Source: an uncultured Chloroflexia bacterium (lineage in GTDB: Bacteria > Chloroflexota > Dehalococcoidia > Tepidiformales > Tepidiformaceae). Taken from it: a DNA stretch of 64,000 bases. A program made the position numbers and the translations under genes. Location of the stretch: assembly GCA_963797735.1 (NCBI GenBank), contig CAWCQJ010000005.1, positions 4,812 through 68,811 on the forward strand. Reading direction: 5' to 3'. The notes under the pieces are model-generated. The model was given only the letters and a program-made list of their open reading frames with translations, was not told the DNA's origin and did not search any database. Shown here in pieces: positions 27,393 through 36,706 of the stretch; position 1 is the stretch's first letter; each line of letters starts with the position of its first letter.

Positions 27393-27472
27393 CGAACAAA
27401 ATTCTCGTTCCTGCCACCGTCTGTGCAGCAGTTCACACACGCGAGGTTTACAGCGACCACGGTACACTCAGC

Positions 27473-28087
27473 GTGATGGCAGAACGGGGATTCGGCGAAG
27501 AATTGCGATACGTCGGGCGTGACGGACTCACTGGCATGCCGATCCGGGTCGATGACGTTTTCATCGCCGAGACGGAATTAGCAATCGAACGGTACGGGCA
27601 GGACGCTCGCCAACCGCAGCCGCCACCACCAGCAGGTCCGGTAGATATCGCGACGGTGACCATCCCCAAACTGGGGCTGACCCAGACGAAGACGGCGAGG
27701 TACGGACTCGACGCCTATGGGCGGCTGGATGTTCCACAGGACACGAGCACCATCGGTTGGAATCCGGCGTACTGCTCACTCCCCGGCGAAGGCGGCACGA
27801 CCTTCCTGGCGGCGCATGTTTCGTACGGAGGACGGCCAGGCGTATTCGCCAAGCTCTCGACACTCGCGGCCGGAGATTCGGTGGCAGTCACCCTTACCGA
27901 CGGCTCCGCGCACTCGTACGCTGTGACATCGGTGGTTGAGTACGCACTTGGAACCATCGACATGGGCGCGTTGCTGCATGGCCGAGAAGGCTTCGAATCC
28001 ATCACGTTGATGACGTGCAGCGGTCCGCCAGACGAAGGCGAATACGCCTTCCGGACGGTTGTGCTCGCGGTCCGCTCCGACGCCTAG
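27473..28087 (+). CDS. sortase-family transpeptidase (class F-like) lacking an N-terminal membrane anchor
   Basis: FLAAHVSYGG (His) and ITLMTCSGP (TLxTC Cys) plus a downstream Arg. The first 60 aa are hydrophilic. There is an in-frame TAA at 27383 upstream. Confidence 0.75.
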   Translation: MMAERGFGEELRYVGRDGLTGMPIRVDDVFIAETELAIERYGQDARQPQPPPPAGPVDIATVTIPKLGLTQTKTARYGLDAYGRLDVPQDTSTIGWNPAYCSLPGEGGTTFLAAHVSYGGRPGVFAKLSTLAAGDSVAVTLTDGSAHSYAVTSVVEYALGTIDMGALLHGREGFESITLMTCSGPPDEGEYAFRTVVLAVRSDA

Positions 28088-28847
28088 CTGAAGGAGCCGT
28101 GGCGTCCCGCTCCAGCGGCGAAACGTGCGGCGCCCTCACGGGTCTCGCCTGAGTCGATGACCTCACGGCCGCGCCGGGTTTCGTTGCGCATGGCCGCATC
28201 GAAGTCACTATCCCACTGCTCCAATGCCGAAAGCCTGTCGCTGCGCATGCACCGCTGAGGGAAGTCCGCGATCTGCGCGGCAAGTTCTTTCGCTGCGGCG
28301 AGCGCCTGGCCCCTGGGCACGATGCGATTCGCGAGGCCCATGCTCTGGGCCTCTTCGCCGCTGACCCCCGGCCGGTGAGGATCATGTCCATGGCGTTGCT
28401 TTCGCCGATGAGCCGCGGCAGGCGGACGGTTCCGCCATCGACCAAGGGCACACCCCAGCGACGGCAATAGACGCCGAAGACGGCGTCCTCGGCAGCGACA
28501 CGCATATCGCACCAGAGCGAGAGCTCGAGCCCGCCCGCGACGGCAAAACCTTCGACCGCTGCGATGACGGGCTTCGAGAGACGCATCCGTGTCGGACCCA
28601 TGGGGCCGTCGCCCTCGCTAGCGGTGCGGTTGCCGCCGCCAGTGGCCACGGCTTTGAGGTCGGCGCCGGCACAGAACGTCCCGCTCGCGCCGGTGAGGAT
28701 GGCTACTGCGAGCGCGTCGTCGGCGTCGAATGCTCGAAACGCGGCGGCGAGTTCTGCGGCCGTTGCACGATCGACGGCGTTGCGAACCTCAGGACGGTCG
28801 ATGGTGACCACGGCGATGGGCCCTTCGGTGGAGTAGTGGACGGGCAT
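28084..28847 (-). pseudogene. enoyl-CoA hydratase/isomerase (crotonase), one frameshift in a G/C run
   Basis: The N-terminal 155 aa (IAVVTIDRPEVRNA, FCAGADLK, AVEGFAVAGGLEL) are in one frame. The C-terminus (VSGEEAQSMGLANRIVP...) is in another. The junction is at the C5 run 28365-28369. Confidence 0.88.
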
Positions 28848-28908
28848 TGGCTAGACCTCCAGTTGTCGCAGGAATAGTAGCCATCTACAGTCCGCAGCGG
28901 GACAGGAG

Positions 28909-29601
28909 ATGGCTCAACAGCTCATGGACGCGACCGACAGCTTTTCGTTCGAAATCACGGCAACCGACCGAGTCCCGGAGTCGCTATTCGCCGAGGTCAA
29001 GCGGGTGTTCGGTGAGAACTACCGGGACGCGAACTTCGGGTACCTGGAGAAGAACCTCGGCAAACTTCGGTATCTGGCGACGGCCACGAACGACGCAGGC
29101 GCGCTCGCAGGATTTGCCCTCGCCGAAGCGCGTGTGATTGACCTGCCGCGCGCCCCCGGCTCCAACGTTCACCTTGCGGGGTTGTGTTGCGTGAGCGCGG
29201 CCTTCCGCCGCCACGGACTCTTCCGGAAGCTTGAGAGCGCTGCGCTTGGGGCGAACAGGCTCCCGGCGGCCGAACGCTACCTTTCCTGCGGAAGGACAGC
29301 CCACCCGGCAAGCTTTCGCGGGTTCTACTCGAACCCTGCCGCGGTGCCCGGGCCTGGCCGAATTCCCACCGAGTGGCAACAGGAGGTTGGCATCGCGATT
29401 GCGGAGGCCTACGGCTCGCCGGCGTTCGACCCCACGACCTTTGTCGTGGCGGGCAGTGGCGTGCCAATTGGCTGGCCAGTCATCGAAATCGAAGCCACAG
29501 CGGAAGAGTGGGAGATGTTCAAGCCCGTGGACCGCTCGAAGGGTGACTCGCTGTTGGGCATCGCGTGGAACCCGGGACCACCAGCAGGCTGGACGGACTA
29601 G
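28909..29601 (+). CDS. hypothetical protein, possibly GNAT-like acyltransferase
   Basis: 230 aa. The segment LAGLCCVSAAFRRHGLFRKL resembles an acetyl-CoA-binding motif. Weak assignment. Confidence 0.45.
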   Translation: MAQQLMDATDSFSFEITATDRVPESLFAEVKRVFGENYRDANFGYLEKNLGKLRYLATATNDAGALAGFALAEARVIDLPRAPGSNVHLAGLCCVSAAFRRHGLFRKLESAALGANRLPAAERYLSCGRTAHPASFRGFYSNPAAVPGPGRIPTEWQQEVGIAIAEAYGSPAFDPTTFVVAGSGVPIGWPVIEIEATAEEWEMFKPVDRSKGDSLLGIAWNPGPPAGWTD

Positions 29602-29604
29602 TAG

Positions 29605-30006
29605 TTACAGGTCGCGGGCGATGTGGCGAGTCGCGAACTTCCATTCGCCATCGAGCTTTACCAGCGTGTCCGTGTACACCCCTGTGAGCTGAATTTCGGG
29701 TGTACCAACCGGACCTGGGACGGTCAGGATTATTAAGTAACACGTCCCATTGGCCCCGGCCGCCGACCCTTCGATGACGAGGTTGTTGATGAGGTACCGA
29801 GCGGTCCGGTCCGAAGAGAACCCGGTCGCGTAGGCAGCCAGCGCTTCGTGGCCACGGACCTCGCGGGCGCGGTTCGAAAACACGCCGTCAACGCCGAAGC
29901 AGTCCGCCCACGCCGCTCCATCCGCCGCGTGAATCGCGAGGTTGTACTCCGAGTAGAGCCGTTGAATTTCCAGGATGTCGTTCGGCGTCAGATTCGCGCG
30001 ATTCAC
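29605..30006 (-). CDS. SnoaL-like / NTF2-fold protein
   Basis: 133 aa with LEIQRLYSEYNLAIHAADGAAWADCF and TDTLVKLDGEWKF. GTG start overlaps the stop of the upstream DinB gene. Confidence 0.7.
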   Translation of the reverse strand: MNRANLTPNDILEIQRLYSEYNLAIHAADGAAWADCFGVDGVFSNRAREVRGHEALAAYATGFSSDRTARYLINNLVIEGSAAGANGTCYLIILTVPGPVGTPEIQLTGVYTDTLVKLDGEWKFATRHIARDL

Positions 30007-30422
30007 CGAGCGGCGATGTCTTCGCGAATCGTCTTCAGCGAGTGCTGTTCGAGCTCATAGATGTGCTTCGCGACTACTCGATAGCTCCACTGACCCGGGG
30101 CGGTCTCGCTGTTGAATTCTTCGTCCGACATTCCCACAAAACTCGCGATGAAGCCGGCCCTGGCGACCAACCATTCGCCGATCAAACGCTCCATCGGTGA
30201 TGCCGTGGCGCGCGCTTCATAGCGCGCCTCGAGGACCTGTCCCGCGTGGATGACTTCGTGGTCGATGTCGTTGGTTATGAGAGACCAGAGGTCCTTGCCC
30301 TGGGCGCATACATGTGACGACGGGAGCGTCAGTTCCTCCTGGGGCAGAGCGAGGAGCTGGTCGCACATCTGGCGGGTGGATTCGAGCAGTTGAGTGATGG
30401 TTTCGCGGACCGTTTCGGGCAT
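30003..30422 (-). CDS. DinB family protein
   Basis: 139 aa with ITNDIDHEVIHAGQV and VAKHIYELEQH, a histidine pattern. ATG at 30422. Confidence 0.65.
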   Translation of the reverse strand: MPETVRETITQLLESTRQMCDQLLALPQEELTLPSSHVCAQGKDLWSLITNDIDHEVIHAGQVLEARYEARATASPMERLIGEWLVARAGFIASFVGMSDEEFNSETAPGQWSYRVVAKHIYELEQHSLKTIREDIAAR

Positions 30423-30486
30423 ATTGGCGCCTCCGGGACGAGATACTACGTCCCGGTGCCGCGCCGTGGGTACTCGTGTATGGGAC

Positions 30487-31224
30487 TTACGCGACCAGCT
30501 TTGCCTTGACCGCCGACATCGTCGAAGTACTGAGCCCGATGCTTTCGAGGTACCCAGCAGGGCCGCCGTAGAGGCGGTCGATGTGTGAAAGCGTACTGAG
30601 CATGTCTTCTGTATTCGATGCCATGAGCTTCCGGCCTCGATCCGCATCGATCCCACGTTCGGCCATTTTCGGGAGCCATTCGCCCAAAAGGGGCTCAAGG
30701 AGGCGGAACGAGTGCGAATAATCTTCGGCGATGGTCTCGGCGTCGACACCGACGAGTCCCAGCATCAACGCGGCAGCGACACCTGTGCGGTCCTTGCCGG
30801 CAGAGCAATGAAAGAGCACACGGCCATCGGTTTCAGCGATGATTTCGAAGAGCGTCCGGTAGGCGTTCTGGCCCGTTTCCAGCATTCGTTCGTAGACGAC
30901 CGCGTAGCCCGGGAATTCGCCTTCCATTCCGACTGGGGACTGATCCTGCTCGAAAACAGCCGCAAAGATGTGCCGAATACCGGCGGAAGTCGGGTCAGGC
31001 GTGACATCCCGCTCGCGTTCCACGGTGGAGCGAAGATCGACGATGGCGCTTACGCCGTAGTCGGAGAGGGCGCCGATACCGTTTGGGGTCAGGCGGTGAA
31101 GGCCGGCGGAGCGCACTACCGAGTCCGATGTAACCCGGCCCTCCGGAGTGGAATAGCCGCCAATATGGCGGACGTTGTACGCGACTTCGAGTGCAAGTTC
31201 GCGATTGGTGATCGTTAGCGTCAT
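30487..31224 (-). CDS. protein-tyrosine phosphatase (CX5R)
   Basis: HCSAGKDRTG active-site loop, 245 aa. The long upstream ORF extension is rejected. Confidence 0.85.
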   Translation of the reverse strand: MTLTITNRELALEVAYNVRHIGGYSTPEGRVTSDSVVRSAGLHRLTPNGIGALSDYGVSAIVDLRSTVERERDVTPDPTSAGIRHIFAAVFEQDQSPVGMEGEFPGYAVVYERMLETGQNAYRTLFEIIAETDGRVLFHCSAGKDRTGVAAALMLGLVGVDAETIAEDYSHSFRLLEPLLGEWLPKMAERGIDADRGRKLMASNTEDMLSTLSHIDRLYGGPAGYLESIGLSTSTMSAVKAKLVA

Positions 31225-31330
31225 GCAAACAGTATCGCAGGCCTCGATGAACCGCGCGTTAACGGGGGCTGACAGGGAGTTCGTGGGCCTACGTGGCAAT
31301 TGGCAACTCGGTGGTGATACCTTCCGCAGC

Positions 31331-32413
31331 GTGATTAACCGTGACCGACTCGTCCAAACCTTTCTCGAACTCGCCGCCATCGACTCGCCCTCTGGGGACG
31401 AGGACGCCATTGCCCTCGAATTGGAAAAGAGGTTGCGGGCCCTCGGGCTGGAGGCGAGCCAGGATGCAGCCGGGAACGTCATCGCGCGCAAGGTAGGAAG
31501 CGGCGACGCCATCCTCCTCTCGGCGCACATGGACACGGTGGAACCGGGGCGAGGGATCAAGCCGGTGTGGGATGGCCCGGACATCATCCGGAGTGACGGG
31601 ACGACCATCCTTGGGGCGGACAACAAGGCTGGATGTGCGGTGGTCCTCGAAGTCATCCAATCGGCGATCGAAGACAAGGCAGAGACGCGAACGATTGAAG
31701 TCGCGATCAGCCGCGGGGAAGAGATTGGACTGGTGGGAGCGGCGGCCATGGACTACTCGCGCATTTCCGCGAAGGTGGCGATCGTCATCGACAGCGGCGG
31801 CCCGCCATCGAGCATCCAGGGGCAGGCGCCGTATCACAGCACTTACGACATTGAGGTCCACGGAAAGAGCGCCCATGCCGGACTCGAGCCTGAGAAGGGC
31901 GTCCCGGCAATCTCCATTGCAGCCGAAATCATTGTCGGGCTCCCGCAAGGGCGGTTCGACAGCGAAACCACCGGAAACGTCGGCAAGGTGCAGGGAGGGC
32001 TCGTTCGCAACGCGGTGCCGGACCACGCCCTCATCCAGGGAGAAATCCGAAGCATGGTGGAAGAGAAGCTCGAAACGCTGATGACCAACGCGAAGAAACA
32101 CGTCGACGAGGTCGCCGGAGCGCACCCGGACGCGCGAATCGATGCGAAGTTCAGCCAGGCCTACCCGGGATATTCACTCACGCCCGACGACCCGGCAGTG
32201 AAACTGCTCTTCCCGGTGCTGGAACGACTCGGGTACAAGCCAGACCCGCACCCGGTGGGCGGCGGCACCGATGGAAACGTGTTCCGCGGACACGGCATCG
32301 CGAGCGTTGTCATCGGGCGCGGCGGCTACAACCAGCACACCAAGGACGAGTATCTCGTCATCCCCGAAATGCTGCAGTGCGCCGCCGTCGTCGAGGGCTG
32401 CGTTCGGCTTTAG
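31331..32413 (+). CDS. M20-family metallopeptidase (peptidase T-like)
   Basis: IDSPSGDE, SAHMDTV, GADNKAG, EEIGLVGA and GGTDGN motifs. GTG 31331 is preferred; alternative ATG at 31247. Confidence 0.85.
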   Translation: MINRDRLVQTFLELAAIDSPSGDEDAIALELEKRLRALGLEASQDAAGNVIARKVGSGDAILLSAHMDTVEPGRGIKPVWDGPDIIRSDGTTILGADNKAGCAVVLEVIQSAIEDKAETRTIEVAISRGEEIGLVGAAAMDYSRISAKVAIVIDSGGPPSSIQGQAPYHSTYDIEVHGKSAHAGLEPEKGVPAISIAAEIIVGLPQGRFDSETTGNVGKVQGGLVRNAVPDHALIQGEIRSMVEEKLETLMTNAKKHVDEVAGAHPDARIDAKFSQAYPGYSLTPDDPAVKLLFPVLERLGYKPDPHPVGGGTDGNVFRGHGIASVVIGRGGYNQHTKDEYLVIPEMLQCAAVVEGCVRL

Positions 32414-32417
32414 TTCA

Positions 32418-33506
32418 CTATTTCGCGGACGCCACGGGCACCGACGAACCGGTTTCAATGCCGATGCCGGAGAGCATCGAGTGAATCTTGCGGGCGGTCT
32501 GGATGATCCGGCCTGCTTCTTCCTGCACGGCCTGCTTGCCGTCGCAGAGGGCTTCGGCGGGGTTGCTGTGGATATCGAATTCGGTGCCCTGCGCGCCAGC
32601 CGCCACGAAGGCGTAGGTCATGCGCTCGACAAGCTTGCGGTCGCCGCCGCTGTGGCTGGGGTCGGCCAGCAAGGGCAGATGCGACTTCATCCGGACGAGC
32701 GGGATCATGCCGGCGTCGGCACCGAAGCGCGTTTCGGATTCGAAGCTCTTGATGCCGCGGTAGCAGAGGATCACGTTTCGGTTGCCGGAACCGGTGACGC
32801 GGCCCTCTCGGTCGATCCCCGACATGATGTAGGCGGCGGAGCAGAGCCATTCGTTCAGGTCGTTGCCGAATCCGTGTTTGAGTACGACGGGCGTGTCGAT
32901 GCGGGAGAGCTCTTCGAGCAATGGCGAGTACTGCGCGCTTCGGGCGCCGACCTGGATCACATCGATCCCTGCCTTGAGGAACGCATCGAGGTGCCGCAAG
33001 TCGATCAGCTCGGAAACGGTCGGCATCCCGGTCGCTTCCTTCATGGCCGAAGCGATTTCGAGACCTTTGCCGAGTTCGAGTCCGCGATAGTCGTAGGGGC
33101 TCGTCCGGGACTTGTCGACGAAGGCGCGAAGGATGTCGCAACCGGCGTCTTTGGCCATCATGGCCGAGTCGATCGACTGCTTTTCGGTCTCGATCGCACA
33201 TGGGCCACCGAAGAAGGTCAGGTTGTCTCCGCCGACTTGAACGCGGCCGCCGACAGTGATTACCGAATCATCCTTGTGGAAGTTACGGCTGGCGTCCTTG
33301 TACTTCTCGGTGATGCGGATAACGCGGTCGACACCCGGCAACTCGGTGATGCGACCTTCGTCGACAATCGAGGCAATGCCTTTAACGCCGATGACGGTGG
33401 TACCCGAAACGATGACTTCGCAGCGAAGACCGTAGTCCGTGGTGACGCGGTTGATGACGCGCTCGACCTGATCGATGGAGGCCCCGGGGGCCATGTGGAT
33501 GATCAT
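32418..33506 (-). CDS. 3-deoxy-7-phosphoheptulonate (DAHP) synthase, type I-beta with an N-terminal regulatory domain
   Basis: GPCAIE, KSRTSPYDYRGL, VGARSAQ and LADPSH motifs. An N-terminal ferredoxin/ACT-like domain of about 70 aa. Confidence 0.88.
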   Translation of the reverse strand: MIIHMAPGASIDQVERVINRVTTDYGLRCEVIVSGTTVIGVKGIASIVDEGRITELPGVDRVIRITEKYKDASRNFHKDDSVITVGGRVQVGGDNLTFFGGPCAIETEKQSIDSAMMAKDAGCDILRAFVDKSRTSPYDYRGLELGKGLEIASAMKEATGMPTVSELIDLRHLDAFLKAGIDVIQVGARSAQYSPLLEELSRIDTPVVLKHGFGNDLNEWLCSAAYIMSGIDREGRVTGSGNRNVILCYRGIKSFESETRFGADAGMIPLVRMKSHLPLLADPSHSGGDRKLVERMTYAFVAAGAQGTEFDIHSNPAEALCDGKQAVQEEAGRIIQTARKIHSMLSGIGIETGSSVPVASAK

Positions 33507-33589
33507 GTGAAAAGGCTCGCAATTATTATGTTGGGGAGCCAGTGTGCGATGCCGAGCGGTTAGACGCGATAACCGGCCATCGGCCGCTC

Positions 33590-34174
33590 TTAGGGGTCGA
33601 CGATGAAAGTCCCGACCATCTCCGGGTGAATGCTGCAAAAGAAGAAATACGGGCCTGCGGGGCTGGCGGTGAATGTCTGCGTCGCGGTACAAGGGCCTGT
33701 GCACGTCTCGCCGAGCCCCAAACCGGACAGGCTGAAAGCGAGGTTATGCGCTACCCCGGAGTCGTCGTTTTGCATGGTCGCGGTGACGATGGCACCGGAT
33801 TTCACGTGGACAACGGTCTTATCAAACGCGTTATTCGCGGCCCGAAACAACAACGAGGTCTGCGACGAAGCGGGTGCGGTGGTAGGGCGGGGCGCAGAAG
33901 TAGCCCCCGGCGCGGTGGTTGGTATCTGAGTCGCGACGGCAGGCGCGGTCGCCACCGCAGTTCCCGTTGGGACGGCGACCGTCGAAGTCGCTGATGCCCG
34001 GGGTAGCTGCGTTGCGGTGGCTGCGAGAGTTGGCGCTGCAGTCGGGGTGTTCGCTCGAGTCGGACCGGTGATGATCGCTGTCGGAGTCGGGGACGGTGAG
34101 GCTCCACCTGAACAAGCGGCAAACGCCACCACTATTACGGCCAGACCCAGCAGACTAATGATGGAATTCGACAT
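33590..34174 (-). CDS. cupredoxin (plastocyanin/azurin-like) lipoprotein
   Basis: Lipobox VAFAAC, a P/T/A-rich linker, and copper ligands in HNLAF...FFCSIHPEMVG. Confidence 0.85.
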   Translation of the reverse strand: MSNSIISLLGLAVIVVAFAACSGGASPSPTPTAIITGPTRANTPTAAPTLAATATQLPRASATSTVAVPTGTAVATAPAVATQIPTTAPGATSAPRPTTAPASSQTSLLFRAANNAFDKTVVHVKSGAIVTATMQNDDSGVAHNLAFSLSGLGLGETCTGPCTATQTFTASPAGPYFFFCSIHPEMVGTFIVDP

Positions 34175-34241
34175 GTGCTCACCATGAAATCAGGGGCGGC
34201 CATTTTGGCCGCCCCTGTGCGTTGGTTTGCCGTGACCCGAA

Positions 34242-34892
34242 CTACGCCCGTCGGCGCGAGATCGCGACGGTAAGCGTCAGGAGCGACGCGACGACCAGGG
34301 CAACTCCGAGACCCTGCGAGAGGCTCATGCCGTCCGCCGCAGCGAGGCCTTCACCTGTCGCCGGAGGAAGTGGAGCGAGGGTGGTTGCAGGAATTTGCGC
34401 TCGAAGCGCCCCACCTGGATGAGCAGCGGTATGGATATTCACATAGAGATCGCCTTTGGCGAGCGCTGTTGTAAATCCCTTCCAGTCACCTGCGAAGGTG
34501 CCGACGAGGTTGGCTGCGGCAATGGTACCGGTCGGGTGAATCGCGCCAACACCCGGGTCAGTTGGGCCGAAAAGGAACGCAACGGCCGGGCCATTCGAAC
34601 CCTTGGCGCCGGAGTGGATGTGCGCGGAGATGATTTCCGGTGCTACGCCACTGAGGTCGAAGGTGAGTTTGCCGTCCGTGAGCGTGGCGCTGAAATAGCC
34701 AACGCCGTTGACGTCGCCGACGGGTGGGTTTTCTCCCGCGCCAGTCAGTGTGATTTGCTTGATCTCGGCGGAAGGTGCCGCCTGGGCGCCTGCGCTCGGG
34801 GCCGACGCCAAGATCATGGCGAAGCCGAGTGCGGCTGTTGCGATGAGGGCAGCGAGGCTCCATCGCCCCTTCGAACTAGAAACCAGTTGCAT
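34242..34892 (-). CDS. CHRD-domain protein with a C-terminal sorting-signal-like tail
   Basis: Signal peptide. CHRD-like SAHIHSGAKGSNGPV...YVNIHTAAHPGGALRAQI. The tail is LPPATGEG, then a hydrophobic helix, then RRRA. Confidence 0.8.
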   Translation of the reverse strand: MQLVSSSKGRWSLAALIATAALGFAMILASAPSAGAQAAPSAEIKQITLTGAGENPPVGDVNGVGYFSATLTDGKLTFDLSGVAPEIISAHIHSGAKGSNGPAVAFLFGPTDPGVGAIHPTGTIAAANLVGTFAGDWKGFTTALAKGDLYVNIHTAAHPGGALRAQIPATTLAPLPPATGEGLAAADGMSLSQGLGVALVVASLLTLTVAISRRRA

Positions 34893-35011
34893 TAAATGTG
34901 CCTCCAGACACGCACGCGCTATCCGCAGTGCGTAACGGATTGTGGAGACTTTTGTAAAAAGTTCAAGGGGTATCGGCAATTTTTCGACCGACGAAGCCCG
35001 AGCGTCGACAC

Positions 35012-35856
35012 CTAAAACAGCGCGCTGGACAGCCTTCGCTGATATTCGCGCGTCAGCTCGGAATCCATCCCGAGGATGTCGAAGATGGCCAAGATCGCCT
35101 TCCTCGCCGCGCCGTCGGCGAAGGAGCGGTCGACGCGGACGGACTCGATGAGCTCGTCCAGGGCCGGTTCGTAGTTTTCGCGGGCGGCAAGCATTACGCC
35201 CCAGCGATAGCGGTCGCGCGGACTCTTCGGGCTGGCGGCAGCTGCCCCTTCGAGGTCCTCGCCGGCATGCTTTGCGGCAAAGCCATCGAGGAAGATGCGG
35301 TGCTTCATCGTCTTGGCGCGGCGGTCTGTGGGGGCCCGCTCGAGCAGTTCCTCGGCCGCTTCTGTTTCGCCGCGACCCAGAAGAATGGTGGCGAGTCCAA
35401 CAATTGCGTCGGGCTGGGCTGGCTGCTTCATCAGTATGGCCTTGTAGGCGGTCTCGGCAGCCGGCAAGTCGCCCGCGCGGAGGAAGTCCTCGGCGTCCTG
35501 GGTAATTCGATGGCCGGCGCGCCAAGAACCTTCTCAAAGAACGCCCGAACCTGCGGCTCGGGGTAGGCGCCCGTGAACTCGGCGATGACCTTTCCATCTT
35601 TGAAGGCCTTCACCGCCGGGATGCCCTGGATTCGGAAGAGCGCGGCGACCCGTGGGTTTTCGTCGGTGTTGAGCTTGGCGAGGATGACCTTACCGTGATT
35701 CTCTTCGGAAACCTTCTCGATGATTGGGCCGAGTACCCGGCACGGGCCGCACCAGGGCGCCCAAAAATCGACGACTACGGGCAGCGTCTTCGAGCGTTCC
35801 TGAACCTCGATAGCAAAATTGGCGTCAGTGACTTCTACGTAGGTCTGCGGGTACAT
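35012..35856 (-). pseudogene. thioredoxin-TPR (YbbN-like) protein, one frameshift
   Basis: The thioredoxin domain with WAPWCGPC (ORF 35431-35856) and the TPR-like C-terminus (ORF 35012-35467) join through ...FFEKVLGAP / RITQDAEDFLRAGDLPAAETAYK. The junction is near 35512-35517 (CCGGCC). Confidence 0.85.
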
Positions 35857-35914
35857 GCAGCGGCTCCGATTGGGGAATTCTGTGCTTCGATCCTAGCGAA
35901 CCAGACCGCGGATG

Positions 35915-36123
35915 TCAGGACTTCGCGCGTGCTGCGCGGACCTCGGCGAGGGGCGTTATTTCCTCTGCGGGCACTTCCACAACGGCGCCGTCACGCCACA
36001 CGAAATGGAATGACCAAGCAACCGATGCCGTTCGATGTCGTCATCAATCGAATCCTGCATCGCCTTAGCCTGAGCTTCTGAGTCGCGGATGAGCTCGTCG
36101 AGTGGTCGCTTGCGCTGAATCAT
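35915..36123 (-). pseudogene. small partner protein of the zeta-like ATPase, frameshifted
   Basis: MIQRKRPLDELIRDSEAQAK...ERHRLLGHSI continues as FVWRDGAVVEVPAEEITPLAEV in another frame. The junction is at the T/A run 36003-36005. Its ATG overlaps the ATPase TAA (TAATG). Confidence 0.55.
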
Positions 36124-36701
36124 TAGCTCGATGCTCCTCGAATAGCATTCCAGGTATGAGCATCATACACCCGCCGAGTCTACCGAGGGTTGCCTTCGGC
36201 AATAACGGTGCGAGCGTTCGGCTCGCGTATTGTCGTAATCGATCCAGTCATCAGCGATGGGTTGATAGAGCTCGAAAAAGTTTCGGAGCCCTCCTAAATA
36301 ACGGCGACGCACCACGTCGTCCGGGACAAAATGGCCCCCGTCCCTGACGCGTCCTTTGATTCGGCCGATGGAGAGTTCGGGGCTCGGTATCCAGAGGTAA
36401 TTCAGCCGAAACAGGTACCCGTGCTCGGCACGCAACTTCGCGATCCAGGGCGCGAAGCTTCGCTGGCGAGGGTCGTTTCGAAGGCAAAATCGCGCCCTTC
36501 CGCCGCTAGTTCACGCAACCGTTCGAGCATGACGCGGCCCGCCTCGCGCGCGACGCCTTCGGGGTTGTACGCCGAAAGGCCTCGCGCAATCACGTCCGCG
36601 TTGACGAAGTCTTCGATGCCGAGGAGGGTCTCAAGCAGTCCCGGTGCGGCAGTGGACTTCCCGGCGCCGTTGGGTCCTGCAATGACGACGAGGTGAGGCA
36701 C
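36123..36701 (-). pseudogene. zeta-toxin-like P-loop ATPase/kinase, 2 frameshifts and 1 in-frame TAG
   Basis: Walker A VIAGPNGAGKST. The pieces 36402-36701, 36163-36435 and the terminal frame join as ...FETTLAS/RSFAPWIAKLRAEHGYLF...YDNT/REPNARTVIAEGNPR*TRRVYDAHTWNAIRGASS. Shifts are near 36462 and 36226. TAG at 36180-36182. Confidence 0.65.
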
Positions 36702-36706
36702 CGCGC

